A DNA stretch of 64,000 nucleotides from an uncultured Gemmatimonadaceae bacterium. GTDB lineage: Bacteria > Gemmatimonadota > Gemmatimonadetes > Gemmatimonadales > Gemmatimonadaceae. The position numbers were made by a program, and so were the translations under genes. The stretch spans positions 928,001 through 992,000 of the forward strand of contig CAVUDW010000002.1 of assembly GCA_963740355.1 (NCBI GenBank), given 5' to 3'. The notes under the pieces were generated by a model. The model ran no database searches and had not been told where the DNA came from. It saw only the letters and a program-made list of their open reading frames with translations. Shown here piece by piece: positions 38,373 to 49,044 of the stretch. Every line of letters begins with the position of its first letter. Position 1 is the stretch's first letter.

Positions 38373-38401
38373 TTGCGAAAAATTTCACAAGCGGCTAGCC
38401 T
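38373..38401 (+). promoter_or_regulatory. sigma70-like atp promoter overlapped by a Rex-like operator
   Basis: TTGCGAA-AAAT-TTCACAA (38373-38390) is one mismatch from TTGTGAA-N4-TTCACAA. TTGCGA-17 nt-TAGCCT gives the -35/-10. Confidence 0.65.
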
Positions 38402-38410
38402 TCCCCCCGA

Positions 38411-38641
38411 ATGACAGGCACACCAGGTGGCAGCGGACTCCGGATGGCCGGGGGTGGATTCCAGCTCGCGGCCGCGCTGATCGGTGGGTTGTACGGTGGA
38501 CAGTGGCTCGACCGGCGCTTCGGAACCGCGCCGGTTTTCCTGTATGTCGGCGTCGCAGTTGGCGCCATTGGCGGTATGACGGCGCTCGTCCGGCAACTCA
38601 ACCGGATCACGCGCGACGAGGAGGAGGCACGCAAGCGATGA
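38411..38641 (+). CDS. atpZ: AtpZ/AtpI family small membrane protein
   Basis: GLYGGQWLDRRFGTAP motif, first gene of the atp operon. Confidence 0.8.
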   Translation: MTGTPGGSGLRMAGGGFQLAAALIGGLYGGQWLDRRFGTAPVFLYVGVAVGAIGGMTALVRQLNRITRDEEEARKR

Positions 38642-38988
38642 TCCGCGCAGTGGGGCTCTATCTCGTTGTGTCCGTGTTGGTTACGGCTGCGGCCGGCTGG
38701 GTGTTGTTGCTGATTTATCCGGGGGCCGACGCCCAGCGGGCCATCATCACCAGCGCGCTGCTCGGCCTTGCCATCCAGATGATCGCCTTCATTCTGCTCC
38801 AGCTGTTCAAGGGCAAGAACGTCTTCGCAGGGTGGGGTCTCGGTGCGCTGCTTCGATTCGGGGGACTCGGCATCTATGCCATGTTCGCCACCAAGGCGCT
38901 GGGACTCGACATGAACACTGCGCTCGTCAGCCTGGCCTGCTTTCTCTTCCTCTCGATGCTGATCGAACCACTGCTGGTCAACGTATGA
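38638..38988 (+). CDS. atpI: AtpI-like 4-TM protein
   Basis: Four hydrophobic helices between atpZ and atpB, with ATGA overlaps at both ends. Confidence 0.7.
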   Translation: MIRAVGLYLVVSVLVTAAAGWVLLLIYPGADAQRAIITSALLGLAIQMIAFILLQLFKGKNVFAGWGLGALLRFGGLGIYAMFATKALGLDMNTALVSLACFLFLSMLIEPLLVNV

Positions 38989-39908
38989 AGACCCGACTGC
39001 TTCGCCTCCTGACCGTCGTTTCCGCACTGATGCTGCTGGCGCTCCCCGCGCGCGCACAGGCCGGCGACGTCGACATCATCACGCCGCACATCACCGACGC
39101 CCACGAGATCGAAATCCCGTGGCCGACGTGGCCGGAAATGCACAAGGTCGTGCACCTGCCGCGCTGGGAGCCGTTCATGCTCCCCGGCACCAGCATCGTG
39201 GTGGACATGTCGCCCACCAAGCATGTGGTGTGGATGCTGATTTCCGCGCTGACGGTGTGCTGCCTGTTGATCTTCGCCGCCAATGCACAGGGGCGACAGA
39301 CGCGCACTGCCGGCCACGCGAAAGGCTTCGCCGGTGGCATCGAGGCGATGGTGCTCTACATCCGCAATGAAGTCATCATCCCGAACGTCGGACATCACGG
39401 CAACGGCTTCGTGCCGTTCCTCCTGACGCTGTTCTTCTTCATCCTGTTCTGCAACCTCTGGGGCATCTTCCCCTGGGGCAGCACCGCGACCGGCAACATC
39501 GCCGTCACCGCCACGCTGGCCCTGCTGACGTTCTTCGTCGTCGAAGGGGCGGGCATGAAGGCGCAGGGCGTCGGATATCTCGGCACGATTTTCTACTGGA
39601 ACAAGGACCTCAACATCGTCCTGCGCGTGTTGTTGTTCCTGATTCTTTCGCCGATCGAATTCATCGGCAAGCTGACCAAGCCGTTCGCACTGACGATCCG
39701 CCTCTTCGCCAACATGACGGCGGGACACATCGTGGTGCTGGCCTTGATTGGCATGATCTTCAGCTTCAAGAGCATTGCCAGCGGCGCGCCATTCCTGATG
39801 GCGGTCGCGATCAACATGCTCGAGTTGTTCGTGGCGTTCCTGCAGGCGTTCATCTTCACGCTGCTGAGCAGCGTGTTCATCGGGCAGATCCGCGAGGCGC
39901 ACCACTAG
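38985..39908 (+). CDS. atpB: ATP synthase F0 subunit a
   Basis: KPFALTIRLFANMTAGH, ELFVAFLQAFIF. Confidence 0.96.
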   Translation: MKTRLLRLLTVVSALMLLALPARAQAGDVDIITPHITDAHEIEIPWPTWPEMHKVVHLPRWEPFMLPGTSIVVDMSPTKHVVWMLISALTVCCLLIFAANAQGRQTRTAGHAKGFAGGIEAMVLYIRNEVIIPNVGHHGNGFVPFLLTLFFFILFCNLWGIFPWGSTATGNIAVTATLALLTFFVVEGAGMKAQGVGYLGTIFYWNKDLNIVLRVLLFLILSPIEFIGKLTKPFALTIRLFANMTAGHIVVLALIGMIFSFKSIASGAPFLMAVAINMLELFVAFLQAFIFTLLSSVFIGQIREAHH

Positions 39909-39989
39909 TCGTTGTTCCACGACGCCGGTGTGCTCGCGTGCACTGGTGTCGCAATCGTAGCCGGTCGAATGACTGGTGAACCCCGTTGA

Positions 39990-40358
<369 letters not shown>

Positions 40359-40449
40359 GCACGAAATAAGTACGAGATCCTGCCTGTCGGGGACGGCGAC
40401 CGCCGTTCCCGACCGGTGTGGGTACCAAACCTCTCTGCGTCATCCTTCC

Positions 40450-41040
40450 ATGCGCCGCACTCTCGTCACCCTGTCGCTGTCCCTCGCCTCCGCGTCCGCC
40501 CTGCTTGCGCAGGAAGAACACGCCGCGGCTGAGAGCACGAACCTGCTCGATCCGAAGGTCGGTCTGATGTTCTGGACCCTCATCATCTTCGTGTTCCTGC
40601 TGGTCGTCTTGTCGAAGTACGCCTACAAGCCGCTGCTGGCAGCGGTCGAGGCGCGTGAAGCTGCCCTCGAGAAGGCACTCGGCGATGCGAAGCGTGATCG
40701 CGACGAGGCCGCCAAGCTGCTCGCCGAGCAGCAGAAGGCGCTGGCCGAAGCACGTGCGGAGATGCAGAAGGCGCTCAATGACGGTCGCGCCGCTGCTGAA
40801 ACGCTGCGCTCGGAGATGCTGGAGAAGGTGAAGGCAGAAGGCGCCGACATGCTGGATCGCACCCGCCGCGAGATGCAGGCCGAGAAGGAGAAGGCCGTTG
40901 CCGACCTCCGTCGCGAAGCCATCGATCTTGCGATCTCTGGCGCGAGCAAGGTGATCGGCCGCAACCTCGACAGCGCCACCGACCGCTCGCTCGTCGAGTC
41001 GTTCCTCGCAGGGCTCGAAGCTCCGAAGGGCTCGCGCTGA
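40450..41040 (+). CDS. atpF: ATP synthase F0 subunit b
   Basis: FWTLIIF...KYAYKPLL...R followed by a long coiled coil. Confidence 0.95.
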   Translation: MRRTLVTLSLSLASASALLAQEEHAAAESTNLLDPKVGLMFWTLIIFVFLLVVLSKYAYKPLLAAVEAREAALEKALGDAKRDRDEAAKLLAEQQKALAEARAEMQKALNDGRAAAETLRSEMLEKVKAEGADMLDRTRREMQAEKEKAVADLRREAIDLAISGASKVIGRNLDSATDRSLVESFLAGLEAPKGSR

Positions 41041-41585
41041 TGCGCGACACCACGATCGCCCGCAACTACGCCGAGGCACTGGTCACGCTGGCACAACGTG
41101 CCGGTGATCTCGATGGCTGGGGTCGAATGATCGATGACGTCGCGCAGCTGGTCAGCAACGATCAACGCGTGCGCCGCTTTCTCGAGTCGCCGAGAGTGCC
41201 TGTCAACGCCAAGAAGGAAATCCTCCGCAAGGCGTTCCAGGACCGCATGCCGCGCCTGATGGTGCGCTACCTCGAGGCGCTGGTCCAGAACCGCCGCCAG
41301 CTCCTCATTCCGACCATCGCGTCCGAATACGCGACGCTGGTGGATGAGAGCCTCGGGCGCGTGCGGGCCGAGGTCACCCTGGCCCGCGAGCCGCAGCCCG
41401 GCGAAGTCGAGGCGATTGCCGCCTCCCTCTCGAAGACCCTCGGCCGGACGGCGGTCGCCCACGTGCGGGTGAACCCCGATATCGTCGGTGGGGTGATCGT
41501 CCGGGTGGGCGATTATGTGAAGGATGGCTCAGTCCGTCGTCGTTTGGGTGTATTGAAGTCGAAACTGGTGCAACAGGCGCGCTGA
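41040..41585 (+). CDS. atpH: ATP synthase F1 subunit delta
   Basis: IARNYAEAL, NPDIVGGVIVRVGD..KDGSV. Confidence 0.95.
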   Translation: MRDTTIARNYAEALVTLAQRAGDLDGWGRMIDDVAQLVSNDQRVRRFLESPRVPVNAKKEILRKAFQDRMPRLMVRYLEALVQNRRQLLIPTIASEYATLVDESLGRVRAEVTLAREPQPGEVEAIAASLSKTLGRTAVAHVRVNPDIVGGVIVRVGDYVKDGSVRRRLGVLKSKLVQQAR

Positions 41586-41607
41586 CGGGTAGACTCCGCA
41601 GCGACGC

Positions 41608-41639
41608 GCGGCGTCGATCCCTCGGTGGGGCGACGCCGC
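41608..41639 (+). terminator. Hairpin after atpH
   Basis: GCGGCGTCG...CGACGCCGC inverted repeat with no clear U-tract. Confidence 0.45.
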
Positions 41640-41674
41640 GGAGGACCACCGTTCCGCCTCTCCCCGGATCGTCG

Positions 41675-43591
41675 ATGCGAATTGCCCGTACTGCGTTTGT
41701 GTTCGCTGCTGCACTACTGCTGCCTGCGTTGCTCGCGGCGCAAACGAAATTTGGTTCGTCGCCGGCATCCGGCGACACGCTCGGTTACTGGCAGCAGCGC
41801 GCCAACTACGACATTACCGCCCGGCTCGACGAGTCGAGGCAGACGATCGTCGCTACCGGCACCCTGAAGTACACGAACAACTCGCCGGACGTCATCACCG
41901 AGATGTACGTGCACCAGTACCTCAACGCGTTCCGGCCATACTCCAAGTGGAGCGATGCCGACGAGCGTGAGGGCCGCACGCGATTCCAGCTCCTGGAAGA
42001 CCCGGCCTACGGCTTCGAGCGCTTCACCTCGCGCCCGGTGGTGGATGGCACGCCGGTGACGGTCAACTATCCCGGCTCTCCGGATAGCACGGTCGCACAC
42101 TTCACGCTGCCACGACCCCTGCGGCCCGGCCAGACGATCTCGGTCTCGTTTGCCTGGGAAGCCCGTCCCAGCACCACGTTGCGCCGACAGGGGCGCAAAG
42201 GGCGCCACTACGACCTGGCCCAGTGGTATCCGAAAGTGGCGGTCTACGACAAGGGCGGGTGGCAGCAGAACGCACTGGTGCCGGCAGGAGAGCTCTACGG
42301 CGAGTTCGGTGATTTCCGCGTCGCCCTGATTCTCCCCGAGGACCAGGTGGTCGGTGCGACCGGTGTCCCCGTGGCGGGGGACCCTGGATGGGAACGCGCC
42401 AAGCGCGGTACGGCGCCGATCCTGCTGCAACGCAACGCCTATGGGCCTGCGGGCGCCAGCTCACTGGTGCCGATCGCGCCGCCCTCGATGCGTACGGTCG
42501 TCTTCGAGGCGAAGAACGTGCACCACTTCGCGTGGACCATCGATCCCGAATACCGGTACGAAGGCGGCGTGTACGTGCGCCCCCTGCCGCGGCCGCAGAC
42601 CGAGTATCGCATCTGGGACACCGTCGGTGTGCACGTCCTGTATCGGCCCACCGGCGACTCCACCTGGGGCGGCGGCAAGGTCGTGCAGCGCACCATCGAT
42701 GCGATGAAGTGGCTGGAGTCGGTGTACGGCCCCTACGCCTGGCCGCAGATCAGCGCCGTCCATCGCCTCGATGGCAGTGGCACGGAGTTCCCGATGATGA
42801 TGCACAACGGGAGCGCCGAGAATGACCTGATCCTGCACGAGTCGGGGCACATGTTCACCTACGGCATTCTCGCCAACAACGAGTGGCGGTCGGCGTGGAT
42901 GGACGAAGGGCTGACGAGTTACCAGACCTCGTGGGCGCTCGGTGACACGCCGCAGGAACGTGCCGGCAAGAAACTGGCGGAGGATCCCCGCTGGATGGCA
43001 CCCGCACTGACCGCCGCGCAGCTCCAGCGTCGCGAACGATTCATCTCCACCGCCGAGCAACTGAGCACGAACTCCGAAGTGTTCCGTTCTTTCGGTGTGT
43101 ACAACGCGATGGTGTACGATCGGGCTGAACAGATGTACGGATCCCTTCGTGATGTGATGGGGGACTTCTACTTCCGGCGGCTCTGGAAGGAGTATTACAG
43201 CCGGTGGGCGCTGAAGCATGTGGACCGGGTCGCGATGCAGAAGGCCGCGGAACGGATCATGGGCGGCCCGATGGGGTGGTTCTTCGACCAGTGGCTGGAG
43301 ACGGTGGGCGAAGTGCAGTACTCGCTGAAGGAGGTCACCTCGACGCAGCGGAAGCCCAACGAATGGGTGACGACGGCCCGGCTGGTTCGTATTGGGGCAT
43401 ACCGTCATCCGATGCCGGTGGGCGTTCGCACGGCCACTGGCTGGGCCTATGGCCGGGGCGATCCGCTCAAGGATGATCAGCGCGTGAGCATCACGACCAC
43501 CGAAAAGCCAGACCTAGTACGGCTCGACCCGATGGGCCTGACTGATGACGTACGGGCGAGCAGCCAGCAATGGCCGCCGCCATCTCCCTGA
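41675..43591 (+). CDS. M1 family metallopeptidase (secreted)
   Basis: Signal peptide, YWQQRANY, QWYPK, HESGH...WMDEGLTSY (HExxH+E). Confidence 0.9.
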   Translation: MRIARTAFVFAAALLLPALLAAQTKFGSSPASGDTLGYWQQRANYDITARLDESRQTIVATGTLKYTNNSPDVITEMYVHQYLNAFRPYSKWSDADEREGRTRFQLLEDPAYGFERFTSRPVVDGTPVTVNYPGSPDSTVAHFTLPRPLRPGQTISVSFAWEARPSTTLRRQGRKGRHYDLAQWYPKVAVYDKGGWQQNALVPAGELYGEFGDFRVALILPEDQVVGATGVPVAGDPGWERAKRGTAPILLQRNAYGPAGASSLVPIAPPSMRTVVFEAKNVHHFAWTIDPEYRYEGGVYVRPLPRPQTEYRIWDTVGVHVLYRPTGDSTWGGGKVVQRTIDAMKWLESVYGPYAWPQISAVHRLDGSGTEFPMMMHNGSAENDLILHESGHMFTYGILANNEWRSAWMDEGLTSYQTSWALGDTPQERAGKKLAEDPRWMAPALTAAQLQRRERFISTAEQLSTNSEVFRSFGVYNAMVYDRAEQMYGSLRDVMGDFYFRRLWKEYYSRWALKHVDRVAMQKAAERIMGGPMGWFFDQWLETVGEVQYSLKEVTSTQRKPNEWVTTARLVRIGAYRHPMPVGVRTATGWAYGRGDPLKDDQRVSITTTEKPDLVRLDPMGLTDDVRASSQQWPPPSP

Positions 43592-43608
43592 CCTGAACCG
43601 AACTGCAC

Positions 43609-43980
43609 ATGAGTGGACCAGCCGACATCCGCACCGTCCCCAAGCCGTGGGGCCATGAAACGATCTGGGCACTGACCGACCGCTACTGCGGCAAGATCCT
43701 GCACATCAAGGCCGGCGAAGCACTCAGCGTGCAGTACCACAACGTCAAGGACGAAACCGTCCACCTGCTGAGCGGCCACCTGCTATATCGCGTCCAGATC
43801 GACGGGGTGCTGACGGATGTGCACCTGAAGCAGGGCGAGAGCTACCGGATCACGCCGGGCACGATCCACCAGATGGAAGCGGTGACCGACTGCGATGTGC
43901 TCGAGGTATCGACGCCCGATCTTGATGATGTGGTCAGGTTGTCGGACAAGTACGGACGCGAAGGCACAAGCGCCGCGTAG
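43609..43980 (+). CDS. Cupin domain protein (mannose-6-phosphate isomerase C-terminal-like)
   Basis: KPWGHE, LSVQYHNVKDE, PGTIH, EVSTP. Confidence 0.85.
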   Translation: MSGPADIRTVPKPWGHETIWALTDRYCGKILHIKAGEALSVQYHNVKDETVHLLSGHLLYRVQIDGVLTDVHLKQGESYRITPGTIHQMEAVTDCDVLEVSTPDLDDVVRLSDKYGREGTSAA

Positions 43981-44070
43981 TACCACCGATTTTCTTTGGG
44001 TCAGCGCGTCGGTCACCCCCGGCGCGCTGATTGAGCATCTGGCTGTCCACTCCACAGTACCACGAGGCCC

Positions 44071-45057
44071 ATGAAGGTCATCATTCCGTTGGCTGGCAAG
44101 GGGACGCGCCTGCGTCCGCACACCCACCTCGTGCCGAAGCCGATGCTGAAAGTCGCGGGTCGCCCCGTGATGAGTTATGTGATGGATGACGTGATGAAGC
44201 TCGGCAACATCGAGCAGGTGGTCTACATCACGGGTCACCTGAAGGAAAAAGTCGAGACCTACGCGCGCACCACGTACCCGGTGCCCAGCGTGTTCGTCGA
44301 GCAGGCAGTGCAGGACGGGACGGCCGGCGCCGTGAAGATCGCGCTGCCGTACGTCGATGGCCCGGTGATGATCATTTTCGTCGACACGATCTTCGACACC
44401 GACCTGTCGATCGTCAACACCTCCGATGACGACGGCATCATCTGGGTGAAGGAAGTCGAGGATTACCAGCGCTTCGGCGTGGTGGTCACCGACGCCGAAG
44501 GCCACATGACGAAGATCGTCGAGAAGCCGAGCACGCCGATTTCGAAGCGTGCCAACATCGGCCTCTATTACATCCGCAACTGGAAGCTGCTGGCCGAAGG
44601 CATCGACTACGTGCTGACGCAGCCGGCCAACAAGGGCGAGTACTATCTCACCGATGCGTTCCAGTACATGATCGACCACGGCGCCAAGATCAAGGTCGTG
44701 GATGTCGAAGGGTGGTACGATGCCGGCAAGCTCGACACGCTGCTGGAGACGAATCGTGCGATGCTCGAGAAGCGCAACCTCGCGCGGGTGCCGGACGGGT
44801 TCTCAGGTGCGACGATCATCCCGCCGGTCTACATCGAGGACGGTGCGACGGCCAGCAACGCGACCATCGGACCGAATGTCTCGATCGGCAAGGGCACGAC
44901 GATCGTCGGCTCCACCATTCGTGACACGGTGATGGGTGAGAACTGCAGCATCAACAACTCGGCCATCCACGACAGCATGCTGGGTGATGCCGTGATGCTG
45001 ACGGGGATCAACGGCAGCATGACGCTGGGTGACAACGCGGAATTGTCAGCGGACTAG
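44071..45057 (+). CDS. Sugar-phosphate nucleotidyltransferase
   Basis: PLAGKGTRLRPHT...PKP, IVEKP, GEYYLTDA, C-terminal left-handed beta-helix. Confidence 0.92.
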   Translation: MKVIIPLAGKGTRLRPHTHLVPKPMLKVAGRPVMSYVMDDVMKLGNIEQVVYITGHLKEKVETYARTTYPVPSVFVEQAVQDGTAGAVKIALPYVDGPVMIIFVDTIFDTDLSIVNTSDDDGIIWVKEVEDYQRFGVVVTDAEGHMTKIVEKPSTPISKRANIGLYYIRNWKLLAEGIDYVLTQPANKGEYYLTDAFQYMIDHGAKIKVVDVEGWYDAGKLDTLLETNRAMLEKRNLARVPDGFSGATIIPPVYIEDGATASNATIGPNVSIGKGTTIVGSTIRDTVMGENCSINNSAIHDSMLGDAVMLTGINGSMTLGDNAELSAD

Positions 45058-45066
45058 TCGACGCGG

Positions 45067-46287
45067 CTAGTCCCGAAGCCCTGCCGCCGCGGTCACGATC
45101 CGCAACGCACGCTGCAGGCCTCGCACCCCGTTGGTGTCGTCGTACCACTCCTCGGGCGTATGCGTGCCGCCCCCGCTGCCGCCGGCTCCGATGGCGATGG
45201 CGGGGATGCCCAATGCAATGGGCACACTGGCGTCGGTGCTACCGATCGCGAGGCGGGGCACGCCGCCGCCGGCTCGCGTGGCCTGCTGCGCCAGCCGCAC
45301 CAATGGTGCGTCCTCAGCCAGTGATCCGCATGGCCTGTCGCCCAGCACGTCGATGCGGCTCACCAATGCCGGCGTGTTCGCGCTGCGACGGTTGTTCTCG
45401 CTCCGTTCGATGCGCACAACCGTCTCGCGAACCACCCGCTCGAGATCCGCGAGCACGGTCGAACTGAGGCTGCGCAGGTCAATTTCCAGCCAGCCGTCCT
45501 GCGGCACACTGTTGATGCTCTCTCCGCCGCCGATCCGGGCAACGGTCAGTGCGGTGCGCGGCTCGCGAGGCAGTAATACGGCATTCAGCGCCACGGCCGC
45601 GGCCGCGGCGGCGTGGACCGGGTTGACGATGCCGAAATCCGCCCAGCTGTGCCCACCTGGACCGCTGTACGTGATCCGCCACCGCTTGCTGCCGAGCGCG
45701 CCATTCACGATGCGATCGTCGCCAGCGCCATCGATCGCGATCACCGCCTGCGGCGTCGGCGATACGTCGGCCATCAACTGCTTCATTCCGCGCAGGTCAC
45801 CCACCCCTTCTTCGCCGACGGTGCAGGCGAGGATGATCTCGTGCGGTGTCTCGACGCTGGCGGTGAGCAGTGCGTGACCGATCGCGAGCAGCGCTGCCAG
45901 CCCGCGACCGTTGTCGCCGATGCCGGGGCCGAGCAGTCGTGAACCGTCGCGTGTGACGACGGGCGCGGGGTCTGCGAACACGGTATCAAGGTGTGCGCAA
46001 CACCAAACGCCGCCCGTCAAAGGGTGATCGCCATCCGACCGCGGCCGACGGGCAATCAGGTTGCCGACACGGTCAACGCGTACGTCCGTCCAGCCGATTT
46101 CCACAAACCGTGCTGCCATCCAGGCGGCGCGCGCCGACTCGTGGCCGGTTGGCGCCGCTACGCGTGTGACGGCGCACTGCCACTCCAGTGTCTGCGCATT
46201 GGACTCGTCGAGCACTGCCAGCGCCGTGGAGCGTGCTGTGGTCACGCCACGGAGGCGGTCGAGCGTCGGACCAAGTCGAAGAGGCAT
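45067..46287 (-). CDS. M20/M25/M40 family metallohydrolase
   Basis: AHLDTVF, GPGIGDN, VGEEGVGDL, GHSW, STDA, HTPEEW. Start placed at ATG 46287. Confidence 0.9.
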   Translation of the reverse strand: MPLRLGPTLDRLRGVTTARSTALAVLDESNAQTLEWQCAVTRVAAPTGHESARAAWMAARFVEIGWTDVRVDRVGNLIARRPRSDGDHPLTGGVWCCAHLDTVFADPAPVVTRDGSRLLGPGIGDNGRGLAALLAIGHALLTASVETPHEIILACTVGEEGVGDLRGMKQLMADVSPTPQAVIAIDGAGDDRIVNGALGSKRWRITYSGPGGHSWADFGIVNPVHAAAAAAVALNAVLLPREPRTALTVARIGGGESINSVPQDGWLEIDLRSLSSTVLADLERVVRETVVRIERSENNRRSANTPALVSRIDVLGDRPCGSLAEDAPLVRLAQQATRAGGGVPRLAIGSTDASVPIALGIPAIAIGAGGSGGGTHTPEEWYDDTNGVRGLQRALRIVTAAAGLRD

Positions 46288-46481
46288 GTGGCAAGGAAGC
46301 ATCACCAGCGCGGTCGAAGCAAGCCATGAAGCCAGCGCTCGCTGACGGCAGGACGACGGCAGCGCCGATGTCGACGTCAGTGCTGCTCGACGCGTCCGCA
46401 GCGACAGCCAAAGCCCGTCGGATCTCGATGACCACGCAGCGGTCGCGCTTGTGGCGGTCACGTGCATAGATTGTCTGGTAT

Positions 46482-47735
46482 ATGACACCGCCAGACGACT
46501 CACCGTCTGCCCTGTACGACTGGAACGCGTCGCCCATTCGGCGACGCGCGATCGACGTCGCCGACTGCACACTCAGCGACGGGCCGCAGAGTCCCTCTGT
46601 GCTCGACCCGGTACCCGCCGACAAGCGACGCCTGCTGCTGCTCATGAGTGAGCTTGGCATTCGATCGGCCGCGCTGGGACATCCGGGCCTTGGACCACGC
46701 CAGTTCGCCGACGCGCTCGATCTGGCGCGTGAGCTGATGCGTGCGCAGTGGCCAATCGATGCGTCGTGCATCGCTGCGTCCACGATCAAGGATGTGGCCA
46801 GCGTGCTCGATGTGCGCGAGCGCTCCGGGCTCGATGTCGAAGTGGCGATCGCGCTGCCAGTGTCGCCGATCCGCCTCGAGGCAGAAGGGTTCACGATCGA
46901 TCGGCTGCAGGAGCATGCCGAAAACGCGATCGCGTTCGCCGTGCGTGCTGGCGCGCGTGTCGTCGGCGTGCTCGAAGATGCATCGCGCACCCCGCCGGAA
47001 ACGCTCGCCTTGTTGATCCGGCATCTACTGGCGCTCGGCGTGACGGCCATTCGCATCTGCGACAGCGTCGGTCATGCCACTCCCGATGGCACTCGCACGC
47101 TGTTGCGCTTCGCTGCGGAACAGGTGAAGGCGCGCCATGGCCGCGGGATCCGTCTCGACTGGTTCGGACAACAGGATCGTGGCCTGGCGCTGCCGAATGC
47201 ATTGGCCGCGATCGAGGCTGGAGCCGACCGCGTGCTGGCGAGTGCCCTCGGCCTGGGTGAGCGCAGTGGCACCGTGCCGATGGAACTGCTGCTGACCAAC
47301 CTGCGTCTACTCGGTCGCTGGCCGCACACCTTGGGTTCACTGGCCGAGTATTGCGACTCCGCGGCGGCCGCGTTCGGCGTCGCGATTCCGAAGGCGCACC
47401 CGGTGGTGGGAGCAGACGCCTTCCGCACTGGCGATGGCGCGCACGCCACGGCCCTCGTGAAGGCGCTGCGTGCCGGAGACAGGGCATTGGCCGACAATGT
47501 GTGTTCCGGCGTGCCAGCGAGCCTCACAGGGGCCGAGCAGCGGATCGAAGTGAGTCCGGTGTCGGGACTCTCGAATGTGCGGTGGTGGCTCGCGCAACAC
47601 GGCTACGATGCATCGGACCTGGTGCTGATGCGCGAGCTGCTGCTGTCGGTGAAGCAGACGCAGCGCGTGGCGAGCGACGACGAACTGCGCACCATGGCTG
47701 ACGCGCTGCTTTCTGCGCGAGCCGTGCGCACCTGA
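46482..47735 (+). CDS. LeuA/HMGL-like DRE-TIM protein with degenerate active site
   Basis: Overall IPMS-like (DCTLSDG, EDASR, ICDSVG, GLGERSG, PVVGADAF, SGLSNV), but the catalytic motifs are altered. Confidence 0.8.
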   Translation: MTPPDDSPSALYDWNASPIRRRAIDVADCTLSDGPQSPSVLDPVPADKRRLLLLMSELGIRSAALGHPGLGPRQFADALDLARELMRAQWPIDASCIAASTIKDVASVLDVRERSGLDVEVAIALPVSPIRLEAEGFTIDRLQEHAENAIAFAVRAGARVVGVLEDASRTPPETLALLIRHLLALGVTAIRICDSVGHATPDGTRTLLRFAAEQVKARHGRGIRLDWFGQQDRGLALPNALAAIEAGADRVLASALGLGERSGTVPMELLLTNLRLLGRWPHTLGSLAEYCDSAAAAFGVAIPKAHPVVGADAFRTGDGAHATALVKALRAGDRALADNVCSGVPASLTGAEQRIEVSPVSGLSNVRWWLAQHGYDASDLVLMRELLLSVKQTQRVASDDELRTMADALLSARAVRT

Positions 47736-47743
47736 TCACTCCT

Positions 47744-48968
47744 GTGGCTGACGCGCCGCCGGCGCAACGTCTGCCACCGTTGGTCTGGGCGTTGGCGCTG
47801 GTGAGTTTCTTCACCGACGCCGCCAGCGAGATGATCTACCCGCTGTTGCCAGTCTTCCTGACCACCGTGCTCGGCGCGTCGCCAGCGATGCTCGGCATGA
47901 TCGAGGGGGCCGCTGAGAGCACGGCGTCGCTCATCAAGCTCTCGAGTGGCTGGTGGAGCGACCGGGTGGGCCGATACACGCCGCTGGTGCTGCTTGGCTA
48001 CGGACTGGCGACGATCACGCGTCCGTTCATCGGCATCGCGCAGAGTGTTTGGCAGGTGGTGACGCTACGCCTCATCGATCGCACCGGAAAAGGCATACGG
48101 GGCGCGCCGCGGGATGCGCTCCTGGCGGCCAGTGTGCCGGCAACGACTCGAGGACGTGCGTTCGGCTTCCATCGGGCGGCGGATCATCTGGGCGCGGTCG
48201 TTGGGCCGGTGCTGGCGTGGGTACTGTTGCAGCAGCTGCACCTGAACCTCCGCACGGTATTCCTGCTCAGCATCGTGCCTGGCGTGCTGGCGCTGCTGAC
48301 CATCGTGATCGCGGTTCGCGACCCGAAGCCGGCGGTTGTGCCGCACGTCAGCACGAGTGACATGCCGAGCGCGGACGCGAGCGTCGCTACCGCACCGTCA
48401 TCGAGCGCGCCGATGCCTCGCCGATTCTGGGCCGTGCTCGGCGTGATCGTACTCTTCACACTTGGCAATTCGAGCGATGCGTTCCTGCTCCTGCGTGCGC
48501 AGCAGTTGGGAGTGCCGGTGGCGCTGCTGCCCCTGCTGTGGGCTGTGCATCACGTCGTGAAGTCAGCGTCGAGCATGCCGGGCGGCGCGCTCAGTGATCG
48601 CTTCGGCCGCCGTGTGGTGCTGCTCAGCGGCTGGGCGTGGTACGCGATCGTGTATGCCGGCTTTCGCGCTCGCCAGCACTGCGCTGCATGCCTGGCTGCT
48701 GTTCCTGGCGTATGGCCTCTACTTCGGGCTCGTCGAAGGCACGGAAAAGGCCCTCATCGCCGACCTCGCGCCGGACGGTCGTCGCGGCACGGCTTTCGGG
48801 TGGTACAACGCATCGATCGGGATCGCGGCGTTACCTGCGTCAGTGCTGCTGGGTGCGATCTGGAGTGCGCGTGGCCCGACCGCCGCATTCGGGACGGGTG
48901 CGGCACTGGCGGCGATCGCCATGTCGTGCGCGATGGTCGCGCTTCCTCGGCCGGCGCGTCTCGCCTGA
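47744..48968 (+). CDS. MFS transporter (frameshift near 48663)
   Basis: DAASEMIYPLLP, DRTGKGIRGAPRDA, GNSSDAFLLLRA. The C-terminal TMs continue in the 48594..48968 frame. Confidence 0.88.
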
Positions 48969-48970
48969 AA

Positions 48971-49008
48971 ACGACGATGGGCACCGCGTGTCGGGTGCCC
49001 ATTGTCGT
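48971..49008. terminator. Hairpin between convergent genes
   Basis: 15-bp stem ACGACGATGGGCACC / GGTGCCCATTGTCGT (one G-U pair). Confidence 0.65.
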
Positions 49009-49044
49009 GTGCCGTTGGCGAAGCGTGCGAACGAACCCGCGCGC

